A stretch of 64,000 nt of DNA from Verrucomicrobiota bacterium. GTDB lineage: Bacteria; Verrucomicrobiota; Verrucomicrobiia; Limisphaerales; JACDHS01. Of this stretch, positions 1 through 9,005 are shown one piece after another. The position numbers and the translations under genes are program-made. Within the stretch, counting starts at the first letter, position 1, and every line of letters begins with the position of its first letter. A model generated the notes under the pieces. The model ran no database searches. It was not told where the DNA came from and saw only the letters and a program-made list of their open reading frames with translations. The stretch is from positions 6,246 through 70,245 of the forward strand of contig JACDHS010000007.1 in NCBI GenBank assembly GCA_013820875.1. Direction: 5' to 3'.

Positions 1-3000
1 GTTATCGGGCATCAGTGAATTCTCAGAGTCCTGTCGTTGATCGATGTCCGCTTTGGGAACAGAGATCTCCCGGCCGGTTGCATCCGCGAAAATCAATAAC
101 TGCCCCTCTTCACGCCGGAATAGACCTGTGATCACCTGGTCATCTTTCAACGTCACATTGCTGTAGCGAAACGCGTGATCTACATTTCGATTCGGATCTA
201 AAATATCTTCCAACAACCGATCCAACCCGCGATTTCCCACGCCATCCAGTTGCGGACCGACGACAGTTCCCTGCCCATCAAGCTGATGACATGCCGCACA
301 GCTCTGCGCAAAAATCTGTGCTCCATTTCCTACCGACGCCACATCCGAATTGTAAGCCGCGCGTCGCTGATCAATGAGCTTTTGCTTTTCAGCGCTTAAC
401 GGACTCAAGCCCTTCGTCAACGCCTCAACGCGCTTCGCAAAGTTTTTTGGCTTTGCGGCGCCCACTCGATCCTTCACCGCTGCTTCCTGCAGGATACGAG
501 GCGAGGCTTTACCTTCTTCCACGGCACTCAACAACGCTTCCGCGCCTTCAGAACTGCTCGCTAGCGCGACGGCCAATTTGGTTTGCAATGTGCCAGAGGC
601 GCTTTCCATTGCCTGCACGAGAATGGACCGGGCGTCAGCCCGGTTTACCTGGGCCAATGCCTGCGCCGCCTTCTCCCGCAGCTTCGGTTGTGTCTCTGCA
701 TCCAACAAAACGGATCCCACAAATTGCAAATGAGCTGAGGCATTGAGGATCAACAAAGCTTTCGCTGCCGCCGCGCGAGCATCCACTCCGCCATTTTCAT
801 TTCGCAACATTTCAGCAATGCGCGCCTCCAGTCCCTGCAACCGAAAATGTTCCGCAAGCTCCGCCGCCGCGACCTGGCGTTTCTCAATCTGATTGGGACT
901 GATTCCCGGCAAAACAGCGACCACCGGCTCGAATTCTCCAACCGCAATCCACGCGTAGCCAGTGCCTGTATCCGCATCAATCACCTCAATGTAACCCTTC
1001 CTGGCGACATGCGCGCTCAAATCCCAATCCACTGGTTGCGCGACGTCATTCCGCGGCGCGAACGCTTCCATGAGCACCCGGTTCGATTCCTCTTCACGCA
1101 GGCGCACCAGGTTTTTTTTCTGGGCCGGTTTGCCTGGAACACCGTCATGTCCGGCAACCAGGAATTTCAACCGGACCGGAATATCGAAAGCTTTCGAGCG
1201 CAGAATGCCGGTCAATTGTTCGCTCCCCCGCGCAAAACTGGTGATGAAACGCACATTGCCAGCTCCATCCGGCAGGTTCCGACTTTCAAGCAACCACGGA
1301 TTCGTCGTGTTGTTCCCGGGAATCGGCACATTGCGCCATTCCAGTATATTGGGATCAATCGAAGCGAGCAGACGATCCGCCAATGCAGCGCCCCACTCAT
1401 TCACGGCCTGGGGAAGTTTTGTTCCACGTTGTGCCGTGCCATCGATCACCGACTTGAGCAAGGCGAGTTGAAAATCCAAATCGTCGGCGAACCTGGAGCG
1501 GGCTACTCGGGCCATATCGCTCAATTCTTCTTCCGGCGCGTGCCGTGCAATGTGGCGAAGATACTCGCTCATCTTCGGGCGGGTCTCGGTCACGCGCATA
1601 ACATGTTTCAAAAGGTATTGCCCTGACTGCGGACTCTTGACGCCGAGTGCCGCCTCCGCGATGGCGCGCGAATCTGCTTCCAGGAAATTCGCGGCGAGCA
1701 AATGCGCAAAATCGCGCGAGTCCAGGAGTTGATCACGCAATGCCATTCGCACGGTATGCAAGAGCTGCGAATCTTTCGGATCAATTGTTTGGCGAAACGC
1801 CAGGAGTGGTTGAATGTTTTCAAACTGCGGGTGACGCCCGAGCGCATCCGCAGCCGCCCGTTGCGCGTAAGCATCGGAATCGTTTAATCCCTGCAGAACC
1901 GCTTCACGAATCTTCGCCGTCCATTCTTTTGTTTCGGACGCAATACGCATGGCATGCACGCGTACCTCTCGCGTTTCGTTTTTTGCGAGTGTGAGGAGTG
2001 TTTTTTCGTCGAGCGCATTCAAGCGATGCAACACCCATGCGGCATGAATTTTATCGGATTCTTTTCCTTTTTTGGCGCTCAGAACTTTCTTCAGCGGTGT
2101 GATGGCACGAGAACCAAAGCTATCGCTCAATTCATTCATCGCCAGTAATCGGCGAGTAATGTTCGGGTGGCCAAGTTCAGCAACGAGACCTTTCAAATCC
2201 CTGGGCAACGCCAGGGCGTTATCCATCTTGCCGCCGGTATAAACGATTCGCCAAATGCGCCCCCGTTCACGGTCGCGGCCTGGATGATCCAGGGGTACTT
2301 CGTAATGGCCGATAATCCGATTGTAGAAATCCGCGACATACAATGCGCCATCCGGTCCGAGTTGAATGTCCACCGGACGAAACCAGGGATCATCGCACTC
2401 CACGAAATCGCCTTCCTCCTTAGCGATCCGCGTTGAGCCATGCTCCACGTAGGAATCGCGATTGATCCGGCTGGTCATCACGTTCCCAATGAATGTGTTG
2501 TGCTGGTACTCCGTCGGAAAATTGGTCGCGTGATAGTAAGCAATCCCAGCGATCGCCGTGGAACCATGTGAATGCGCGCAAATGTCCGGCGCATAGCCGA
2601 GTCCATCGTGCGGTTTGCCGAAGCTCGGATAATACCCGCCGCGCAAAAGCATATAAACCGGCGAACTATGGCAATCCGAAGACCAAAGATCTCCCAGGTG
2701 ATCAAAGTTCAAGCCAAACGGATTCACCTGGCCGTGTGAAAACTGTTCGATGCTTGAGCCATCCATTTTCACGCGATACACATTGCCAGAGTTCAGCTTG
2801 ATCTGGCTGCCGTCTTTTGCTGTAAGAGTGGAGTCATTGTTGAAGCCGTGATCCGCATAGAGCCAGCCATCGTAGCCGCGACGGAACGCGCCGGTCAGCC
2901 CATGCGCATCTTTTTCCCAGCCAAATTTTCCGAGGAACGTTTCCTTTTTATCCGCGCGCCCGTCGTTGTTTGTGTCTTCAAAAAAATAGATTTCGGGAAT

Positions 3001-3417
3001 GCTGAAGGCGAGAACGCCATTTTTGTACGGGTACAAACCGATAGGGATATTCAAGCCATCGGCAAAGGTCGTGATCTTTTGAGCGCGGCCATCCGTCGCA
3101 AAGTTTTCCAGCAGCATCACCTTGTCGCGACCTGGCTGGTCAAGCGGCGCAGGAAAGGGGTATTCGCGCGATTGCGTCAGCCACAGCCTGCCTTTTGCAT
3201 CGAAAGCGATGTTCATCGGCTTGCTGATTTCCGGTTCGCTGGCCACCAGTTGAATCTCAAATCCTGGGGGCAGCTTGAATTTCTTTAACTGTTCCGCCGC
3301 CGAAAGCGGTTCGGTTGTCCGGACCATTTCTGCAAACGGATCCTTCTGCGCCGAAACGGAAAAGCCGCTGACAAGTGCCGCGCAAACCACGCTGAACCAA
3401 ACGGAGTGAGGTTTCAT
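1..3417 (-). CDS. PVC-type membrane-bound dehydrogenase-domain / HEAT-repeat / cytochrome c (CxxCH) protein; the C-terminal end runs off the left window edge
   Basis: The minus frame with codon tops at 3417, 3414... stays open for all 1139 codons. It is absent from the ORF track because no stop lies in the window. ATG at 3417-3415 gives MKPHSVWFSVVCAALVSGFSVSAQ (signal peptide), then FKLPPGFEIQLVASEPEISKPMNIAFDAKGRLWL, the hallmark N-terminal motif of this Planctomycete/Verrucomicrobial family. An in-frame AQSCAACH heme-c motif is encoded at 286-309. Confidence 0.8.
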   Translation of the reverse strand, partial: MKPHSVWFSVVCAALVSGFSVSAQKDPFAEMVRTTEPLSAAEQLKKFKLPPGFEIQLVASEPEISKPMNIAFDAKGRLWLTQSREYPFPAPLDQPGRDKVMLLENFATDGRAQKITTFADGLNIPIGLYPYKNGVLAFSIPEIYFFEDTNNDGRADKKETFLGKFGWEKDAHGLTGAFRRGYDGWLYADHGFNNDSTLTAKDGSQIKLNSGNVYRVKMDGSSIEQFSHGQVNPFGLNFDHLGDLWSSDCHSSPVYMLLRGGYYPSFGKPHDGLGYAPDICAHSHGSTAIAGIAYYHATNFPTEYQHNTFIGNVMTSRINRDSYVEHGSTRIAKEEGDFVECDDPWFRPVDIQLGPDGALYVADFYNRIIGHYEVPLDHPGRDRERGRIWRIVYTGGKMDNALALPRDLKGLVAELGHPNITRRLLAMNELSDSFGSRAITPLKKVLSAKKGKESDKIHAAWVLHRLNALDEKTLLTLAKNETREVRVHAMRIASETKEWTAKIREAVLQGLNDSDAYAQRAAADALGRHPQFENIQPLLAFRQTIDPKDSQLLHTVRMALRDQLLDSRDFAHLLAANFLEADSRAIAEAALGVKSPQSGQYLLKHVMRVTETRPKMSEYLRHIARHAPEEELSDMARVARSRFADDLDFQLALLKSVIDGTAQRGTKLPQAVNEWGAALADRLLASIDPNILEWRNVPIPGNNTTNPWLLESRNLPDGAGNVRFITSFARGSEQLTGILRSKAFDIPVRLKFLVAGHDGVPGKPAQKKNLVRLREEESNRVLMEAFAPRNDVAQPVDWDLSAHVARKGYIEVIDADTGTGYAWIAVGEFEPVVAVLPGISPNQIEKRQVAAAELAEHFRLQGLEARIAEMLRNENGGVDARAAAAKALLILNASAHLQFVGSVLLDAETQPKLREKAAQALAQVNRADARSILVQAMESASGTLQTKLAVALASSSEGAEALLSAVEEGKASPRILQEAAVKDRVGAAKPKNFAKRVEALTKGLSPLSAEKQKLIDQRRAAYNSDVASVGNGAQIFAQSCAACHQLDGQGTVVGPQLDGVGNRGLDRLLEDILDPNRNVDHAFRYSNVTLKDDQVITGLFRREEGQLLIFADATGREISVPKADIDQRQDSENSLMPDN

Positions 3418-3535
3418 AATGAGTGAGATGCAATTCTGCATCGAACAAACTTTAATGCGCAACACTGGAAACAGGTTTGCGGGCGAAATTGAATCACTGG
3501 GATTCTCCTCGTTTACAGTCCCACATCCATGTCAC

Positions 3536-4291
3536 TCAGCTTCCCCTGTTCATCTGGCGCAGGAGGGAATACTTGAGATGCACTTCGCGGGCGCAGATCC
3601 GGGCGATGCGCCAGCCCTGGCCTCCATCGAGAAAGCCGCCTCGCAAGACGTAATAACGAAACCATTTAAACGCACCGCGCGCGTGCGGCGCGAGGAGAGT
3701 CGCGCGTTTGCCGGACTCGGACTGCATCTCTGCCCAGAGTTGCGCGTATTTCTGGCACCGCGCCCAATGATCAGCAACATCGCGAAAAGAATAATGGTGC
3801 AGGTCGCCACGAAGAGCCGTGATGGAACCGGCGATCTCAAGGCGTTCGTGAACTTTCCCGCCGCTGAAACGCGCCGTTGATTTTCGGAACAAGCGAACCA
3901 GACGATCCGGATACCAATCGCCATGCCGAATCCAACGGCCTTCATACAAAACACAACGCGGCATGCTGAACCCGGCAATCTCTCGCGCAGGTTCAATCTT
4001 TTTAAGAGCGGCAATTTCTTCCCGGAGCGTCGGTGAAAGTTCCTCATCAGCATCAATGCTGAAAACCCACTCGTTTGTGGCGAGGTGCAGCGCCAGATTC
4101 TTTTGGCCAACGTAGCCCAGCCAATCCTGATGAACGAACCGGGCGCAGAATTGCTGGGCGATGTTCTGGGTTCCATCCGTGCTGCCGGAATCGACAATCA
4201 GAATGTCATCGGCGAGATCAGCGCAACTGCGCAGGCAGCGCCCCAGGTTTTCCTCTTCATTGAGTGTGATAATGCAGAACGAAATTTTCAC
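3536..4291 (-). CDS. Family 2 glycosyltransferase (LPS core type, KdtX/WaaE-like)
   Basis: 251 aa. The N-terminus ISFCIITLNEEENLGRCLRS...ILIVDSGSTDGT and the SIDADE (DxD) motif are typical of GT2. Its start overlaps the upstream GT9 stop by 4 nt, which suggests one operon. Confidence 0.85.
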   Translation of the reverse strand: MKISFCIITLNEEENLGRCLRSCADLADDILIVDSGSTDGTQNIAQQFCARFVHQDWLGYVGQKNLALHLATNEWVFSIDADEELSPTLREEIAALKKIEPAREIAGFSMPRCVLYEGRWIRHGDWYPDRLVRLFRKSTARFSGGKVHERLEIAGSITALRGDLHHYSFRDVADHWARCQKYAQLWAEMQSESGKRATLLAPHARGAFKWFRYYVLRGGFLDGGQGWRIARICAREVHLKYSLLRQMNRGS

Positions 4292-5439
4292 AACGCAGGC
4301 AGCAGCATGCTGGAGTGAGGCTTGTTGAATCCCAGCACCCGCTTTTCAAACTCAACGAACACAGCGCGCGGCGACAGGGCTTCCATGCATTCGATCTTAT
4401 TGCGTTTGCTGATCGGACATGCCTGCAGTCCACACGGGACACACGGCCAATCGTGTTGCACCACGGTGATGCCTCCATGTTGTTGGATGCCACCCGTGCG
4501 ACCGTAAGGATTGTCCGTCTGCCAGCCATTGGGCCACGGACCCCAATTATGGACGAACGTGGGGCCGAACAATGCGATGAGTGGCACCTCCAGCGCGGCG
4601 GCCATGTGTGTCGCCACGGTATCCACCCCAATATAACCGTGCCCCCCGCGAATGGCAGCAGCGAGTTCCGTGAGGGTGAAAGGACGTGAAAAGGAATTCA
4701 GCCGGGTGTTACCCGCCGCCTTTTGAATGTCACTGAACTGCTGTTCGTCATGAGCGGACCTGGAACGGGTGAACACGGCTTTCATGCCGGTCTCGCATTC
4801 AACCAACGCGGCAAACTTCGCCCAGGATTCTGCCGGCCAGTACTTGTAACTCTGTCGCGTGTAAGGATGGAGCACCACGTAGTTGTTCCCCAGTTCGCCG
4901 CGCGTGAACGCTGCATCCTGCTGATCGAACTTAATCACCACACGCGGCTCCGGAGCAATTCCGAGTGGTTCCAATTGGCTTAATACAAGGGGAACAATGT
5001 GTTTGCTGTCGTCGTAGAGACGGCAGTCGGAAAGTAACCGCGTTTTCCATCGATCATGTCCGAGCAGATAAGAGAAGCCGATCGAATGGCGGGCCGCCGC
5101 GGCAGCGTAGATGGCAGTCCGGTCCGAGGGATTCACGCCAATGGCAAAATCGTAACGGCCAAACACTTTCGAAAAAGCCTTCGGACTGCCCAACCCCGGA
5201 GCAAGTGTGTGAACCCTGTGAACGTGGGGGTTCTTTTCCAAAATCCCTTCGGTCCCTTTGAACACCAGGTAATCCACGCGAGCATTTGGAAAACGTTGCT
5301 TGATGGAAAGAGCCAGGGGCGTGGAAAGCAGCACGTCGCCGATGTAGCGAAGCGATACGATCAGGAACTTGGAATCAGGCGATACGTTCAACGCAGTTGG
5401 TTTAATGATAACACAGTTTGCCGCCAATCCATTTTTCAT
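4288..5439 (-). CDS. Family 9 glycosyltransferase (LPS heptosyltransferase-like)
   Basis: 383 aa. FLIVSLRYIGDVLLSTPLALSIKQRFPNARVDYLV and C-terminal GVDTVATHMAAALEVPLIALFGPT are typical RfaF/RfaC-family motifs. The true start may be the TTG near 5391, which would remove the 38-nt overlap with the upstream ORF. Confidence 0.85.
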   Translation of the reverse strand: MKNGLAANCVIIKPTALNVSPDSKFLIVSLRYIGDVLLSTPLALSIKQRFPNARVDYLVFKGTEGILEKNPHVHRVHTLAPGLGSPKAFSKVFGRYDFAIGVNPSDRTAIYAAAAARHSIGFSYLLGHDRWKTRLLSDCRLYDDSKHIVPLVLSQLEPLGIAPEPRVVIKFDQQDAAFTRGELGNNYVVLHPYTRQSYKYWPAESWAKFAALVECETGMKAVFTRSRSAHDEQQFSDIQKAAGNTRLNSFSRPFTLTELAAAIRGGHGYIGVDTVATHMAAALEVPLIALFGPTFVHNWGPWPNGWQTDNPYGRTGGIQQHGGITVVQHDWPCVPCGLQACPISKRNKIECMEALSPRAVFVEFEKRVLGFNKPHSSMLLPAL

Positions 5440-5818
5440 TCAAAGAATGACCGTGCCGCAACTGTTCGTTCAGTCGCGCAATGTTATGGGCTGTCTTTGT
5501 CTGCATTCGCGCTATCAGTCTCTTTGGACTGTTCAGTTTCCATTTTCTTCGAAAATAAGCGCGATTTTCTGATTCGTAAGGGCGCTCCGCCTTGTCTTTG
5601 CGGATGGAGTTCTGGGTGATGGAACCGAAGTGATGAATGAAAGAGCAACCAGTTGTCGCGAGCTTGAAGCCCGCCCGCCGCGCTCGCAGAAAAAAGTCGG
5701 TGTCCTCAAATTGACCTATCCGAAAGTTTTCATCGAAGAAGCCAACGCTCTCAAAAACGGTGTTCCGCACCATGAAGCAGATTCCGTTGGCAACCCCGTG
5801 TCGCGCCACTCTTTTCAT
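5402..5818 (-). CDS. GT2 glycosyltransferase, C-terminal half only (split gene or frameshift)
   Basis: 138 aa. GICFMVRNTVFESVGFFDENFRIGQFEDTDFFLRARRAGFKL is the second half of a GT2 catalytic domain. The N-terminal Rossmann half is missing. Its ATG overlaps the stop of the 5815-6213 ORF (ATGA). Confidence 0.7.
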   Translation of the reverse strand: MKRVARHGVANGICFMVRNTVFESVGFFDENFRIGQFEDTDFFLRARRAGFKLATTGCSFIHHFGSITQNSIRKDKAERPYESENRAYFRRKWKLNSPKRLIARMQTKTAHNIARLNEQLRHGHSLNEKWIGGKLCYH

Positions 5819-6213
5819 TTCTTCACGAATTCACAGGCGTAACTCTGGAGTTCATAGTTCAGCTCACCCTCACGGATTGCAGGACTAATGATGTCCCACT
5901 TGTTTTGTTCCGCACAAACGACCAAACTATCCAGCCAGCCGGAGGACAACAGAACATCGTTGTTTAAAACAATCGTCCAACTCGCCGGAACCGCGCGCAC
6001 CCCCTGGTTCCAGGCGGCGGCACATCCGCAGTTCGTTTCATTTTGTACCAGGTGAATGTTCGGGATCCCACGAAGAAAGTCACCGCTCCCATCGGTTGAA
6101 CCATTGTCCACGATGACGATGCTCGCCTCATTCGTAACGGTCTGGCGCAAACTATCGAGGCACTGTTTTGTATAGTGCAGTTGATTAAAAACCGGAATGA
6201 CGATGCTGATCAT
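5815..6213 (-). CDS. GT2 glycosyltransferase, N-terminal half only (split gene or frameshift)
   Basis: 132 aa. ISIVIPVFNQLHYTKQCLDSL...IVIVDNGSTDGS...NCGCAAAWNQG...LNNDVLL is the nucleotide-sugar-binding half of GT2. It ends ...EFVKK-TGA, overlapping the ATG of the next ORF. Confidence 0.75.
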   Translation of the reverse strand: MISIVIPVFNQLHYTKQCLDSLRQTVTNEASIVIVDNGSTDGSGDFLRGIPNIHLVQNETNCGCAAAWNQGVRAVPASWTIVLNNDVLLSSGWLDSLVVCAEQNKWDIISPAIREGELNYELQSYACEFVKK

Positions 6214-6237
6214 CTCTGGATCAAATTCTTAAAGAGG

Positions 6238-6480
6238 GAAACCACAGATGGTGTGTAGGCGCAAAACGGAGCGCGGCGTAACCGCAAAGCGGTTCGTCGT
6301 TTCTATAGTTCTGATTTGTGCGAAGCATCAGCCGCAGCACGTGAGATTGTTCGAGCGGTTTGAAAATCTGAACGCCGCAATCAATGCAGTCCCCGCTGCG
6401 GCTGATCCTTCGGACACAGCCGCGCTCCGTCTCGGACCTGCTTTTTTTATCTGTGTCCATCTGTATTCATCTGTGGTTTC
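6238..6480. repeat. 243-bp nested-inverted-repeat (MITE/REP-like) element filling the GT2-msbA gap
   Basis: There are three perfect inverted-repeat pairs. GAAACCACAGATG at 6238-6250 pairs with 6468-6480. ACGGAGCGCGGC at 6266-6277 pairs with 6419-6430. ATCAGCCGCAGC at 6327-6338 pairs with 6395-6406. The right end carries three tandem ~10-nt motifs (CACAGATG type). Confidence 0.8.
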
Positions 6481-6490
6481 AATGAATTTA

Positions 6491-8506
6491 CTACGGTGTA
6501 TAAATTCCCTGGTTGCGGGCCATGCCGGCGAAAACACCATTCGCCTTGATCAATTTGCCGAAGGTGTCCTGCTCGACAATTTCGCCATCTTTCATGACGA
6601 GAATATGATCCATGTTCGCCAGAGTGGAGAGGCGATGGGCAATGCAGATCACCGTGCGATTCTCCGCAAGCCGATCAATCGCCGCCTGCACCTCTGCTTC
6701 GGCCGTGGGATCGAGTGAGGCTGTGGCTTCATCGAGCACGAGAATTGGCGCGTTCCGGACGAAAGCCCGTGCAATGCAAAGTCGTTGCCGCTGACCTCCG
6801 GAAAGCGTGATGCCGCGTTCACCGACGCGCGTTTCGTAGCCTTCGGGCAATTGCATGATAAAGTCATGCGCAGATGCCGCCTTCGCTGCCGCTTCCACTT
6901 CCTCGCGCGTAGCGCCTTCGCGTCCGCAGGTGATATTGTCCGCAACCGTTTGATCGAAAATGACAATGTCCTGGCTGACCAACGCCATCTGTTGCCGCAC
7001 ATCAAACAAGCTCAAATCGCGCAGGTCGTTGCCGTCGATCGTTATCCGGCCCTCTGTCGGATCGTAAAAGCGGAAAATAAGATTCACCAAGGTGCTCTTG
7101 CCCGAACCGCTTTCGCCAGCGATCCCCAGTCTCATCCCGCTGCGAACGGAGAAATTGAAATTCCGCACCACCGGCGTGTCGCGATAGGCAAAACTAACCT
7201 TATCAAAGGTGATGTCCCTTGCGAATTGGGGCAGCGGTTTGGCGTCAGCTTTTTCCAAAACAGATGGTTGTTGTTTGAAAATTTCAACTAACCGCCCGGC
7301 ACCAACACTGGCCTGCTGAAAGTAAACGTGCAGATGACCCAGTTTCTTGATCGGCGCGAAGATCATCGTGACGCCTGTTAGGAAGCCGATCAATTGCGGG
7401 ACGGTGACGCCGAAGGCAAAAATGTAAATGATCACGACACCCAACCCGAGCATCGAAATGGTTTCAACCGTGGGATTCACCAGTTCGCGGGCCTGGGTGC
7501 TTTTCATGCCGATGCGCAGCAGTCTTTGATAGATGCTACTGAAGCGCTGCATTTGCATTTTTTCCAGGCAGAACGCCTTCACCACGCGGATGCTGGTATA
7601 AACTTCCACCAACAAACTGTCCTGCATCATTCCCTGGCTGATCCCGGAAGTAATGGCAGCGCGGACTTTCTTACCCAGGATACGAATCGGTATGACGGTG
7701 AGTGGAGTAAAAAACACGGCCAACAACGTCAGCTTCCAGTTCACCGCGAAAAGCGCGATGGAAATACAGATAATCGAAACCGGTTCTTTGATCAGATCTG
7801 AAAAACCGAGGCTAAGGCAGCGATAAAGCGCGCCGGTATCGCCATTCACCCGCATCAACAATTCCCCAATCGTTGAGCGATTGAAAAAATCCATTGAAAG
7901 CGTGTTTAGTTTGGCAAGCAGGTTGAGCCGAAGATCGCGAATAACCCGTTCGCTGACCCAGGCCATGCAGTAACTGCTCAAATAGCCAATGTAACCTCGA
8001 AAAGCCACGAGGATCGGCAGGAACAAAAGGCCGCCAATCAACTGCTTCACGTCAATGGAACGTCCCGCCAACGGCAACCACGGATCGACGGTTGCATCAA
8101 AGCGGTTGATAGCCCGTCGTAAAACCCCCGGCCTCTCAGCCTCCTTTTTGCTGTCCAGATACTCACCTGTTGCAGCCAGCATTCCGCTGTCCATGAGATT
8201 TGGATCCACGATAACTTGTAGAACGACATTGTTCGAAACCAGCAACATGGGCTGCCTGCCATCGGCTACACTGAGATGCGGTTCCGCGTTTGTCGAAACG
8301 ACGATATTGAGATTCGCATTGGTTCCTACGATGAGGCGAGTGTCGTTGCGGGGTGCAAGGCGTTCGAACAGGGTTTTGGTGGCCCAGACAAAGCTTGCAT
8401 TGGATATTCCAAAAAGAACCCCCAGCACGATTCCCGCAATAAGGCGAAACCAGTACCGGCGCAAGTAGGGCCAGCCAAAATGGAAGATCTTCAGGGCGTC
8501 ACGCAT
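6491..8506 (-). CDS. msbA: ABC transporter permease/ATPase, MsbA-like lipid A/LPS-core exporter with an enlarged first periplasmic loop
   Basis: 671 aa with a six-TM exporter domain. It has Walker A GESGSGKST, the signature LSGGQRQR and Walker B ILVLDEATASLD, and it sits in an LPS glycosyltransferase operon. Confidence 0.85.
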   Translation of the reverse strand: MRDALKIFHFGWPYLRRYWFRLIAGIVLGVLFGISNASFVWATKTLFERLAPRNDTRLIVGTNANLNIVVSTNAEPHLSVADGRQPMLLVSNNVVLQVIVDPNLMDSGMLAATGEYLDSKKEAERPGVLRRAINRFDATVDPWLPLAGRSIDVKQLIGGLLFLPILVAFRGYIGYLSSYCMAWVSERVIRDLRLNLLAKLNTLSMDFFNRSTIGELLMRVNGDTGALYRCLSLGFSDLIKEPVSIICISIALFAVNWKLTLLAVFFTPLTVIPIRILGKKVRAAITSGISQGMMQDSLLVEVYTSIRVVKAFCLEKMQMQRFSSIYQRLLRIGMKSTQARELVNPTVETISMLGLGVVIIYIFAFGVTVPQLIGFLTGVTMIFAPIKKLGHLHVYFQQASVGAGRLVEIFKQQPSVLEKADAKPLPQFARDITFDKVSFAYRDTPVVRNFNFSVRSGMRLGIAGESGSGKSTLVNLIFRFYDPTEGRITIDGNDLRDLSLFDVRQQMALVSQDIVIFDQTVADNITCGREGATREEVEAAAKAASAHDFIMQLPEGYETRVGERGITLSGGQRQRLCIARAFVRNAPILVLDEATASLDPTAEAEVQAAIDRLAENRTVICIAHRLSTLANMDHILVMKDGEIVEQDTFGKLIKANGVFAGMARNQGIYTP

Positions 8507-8629
8507 TGATTTTCAAACGTTTATAGTTGGGGGTTTGCATATGAGATAGCAATTCGGATTTTAACCGCTAAATACACGAAACATGCGGAAGAACAAAAAA
8601 GATTGTTCCACTGAGGTGCTCCATCTCGC

Positions 8630-8972
8630 CTGATTTGCGGTCAATCCGGTCTGTCGTGAGGCGTTTTACAGCGAATATTGGTCTTCGACAGGCTGTCGTG
8701 AAGCGATTTACGGCAAATATCGGTCTACTACAGGCTGTCGTGAGGCGATTTACGGCGAATATCGGTCTACTACAGGCTGTCGAAGGACGATTTACGGCGA
8801 ATATCGGTCTACTACAGGCTGTCGTGAGACGATTTACGGCGAATATCGATCTACTACAGGCTGTCGAAGGACGATTTATGGCGAATATCGATCTACTACA
8901 GGCTGTCGAAGGACGATTTACGGCGAATATTGGTCTGCTACAGGCTGTCGTGAGGCGATTTACGGCGAATAA
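8630..8972. repeat. Tandem array A1: 42-bp unit, about 8 copies
   Basis: The anchor CTGTCG recurs at 8651, 8693, 8735, 8777, 8819, 8861, 8903 and 8945, exactly 42 bp apart. The unit is roughly CTGTCGTGAGGCGATTTACGGCGAATATCGGTCTACTACAGG, with two alternating variants (GTGAGG / GAAGGA). Confidence 0.95.
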
Positions 8973-9005
8973 TGGCTTGAACTGGCCAAATTCCTGTGTC
9001 GGGCG

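Noticed and set aside
8630-8972. Possible CRISPR array. The same question applies to 35459-35800 and 46140-46400.
   Set aside because: The units are directly abutting tandem repeats with no unique spacers between them. No cas genes lie in the window, and the unit length of 41-42 bp covers the whole period.
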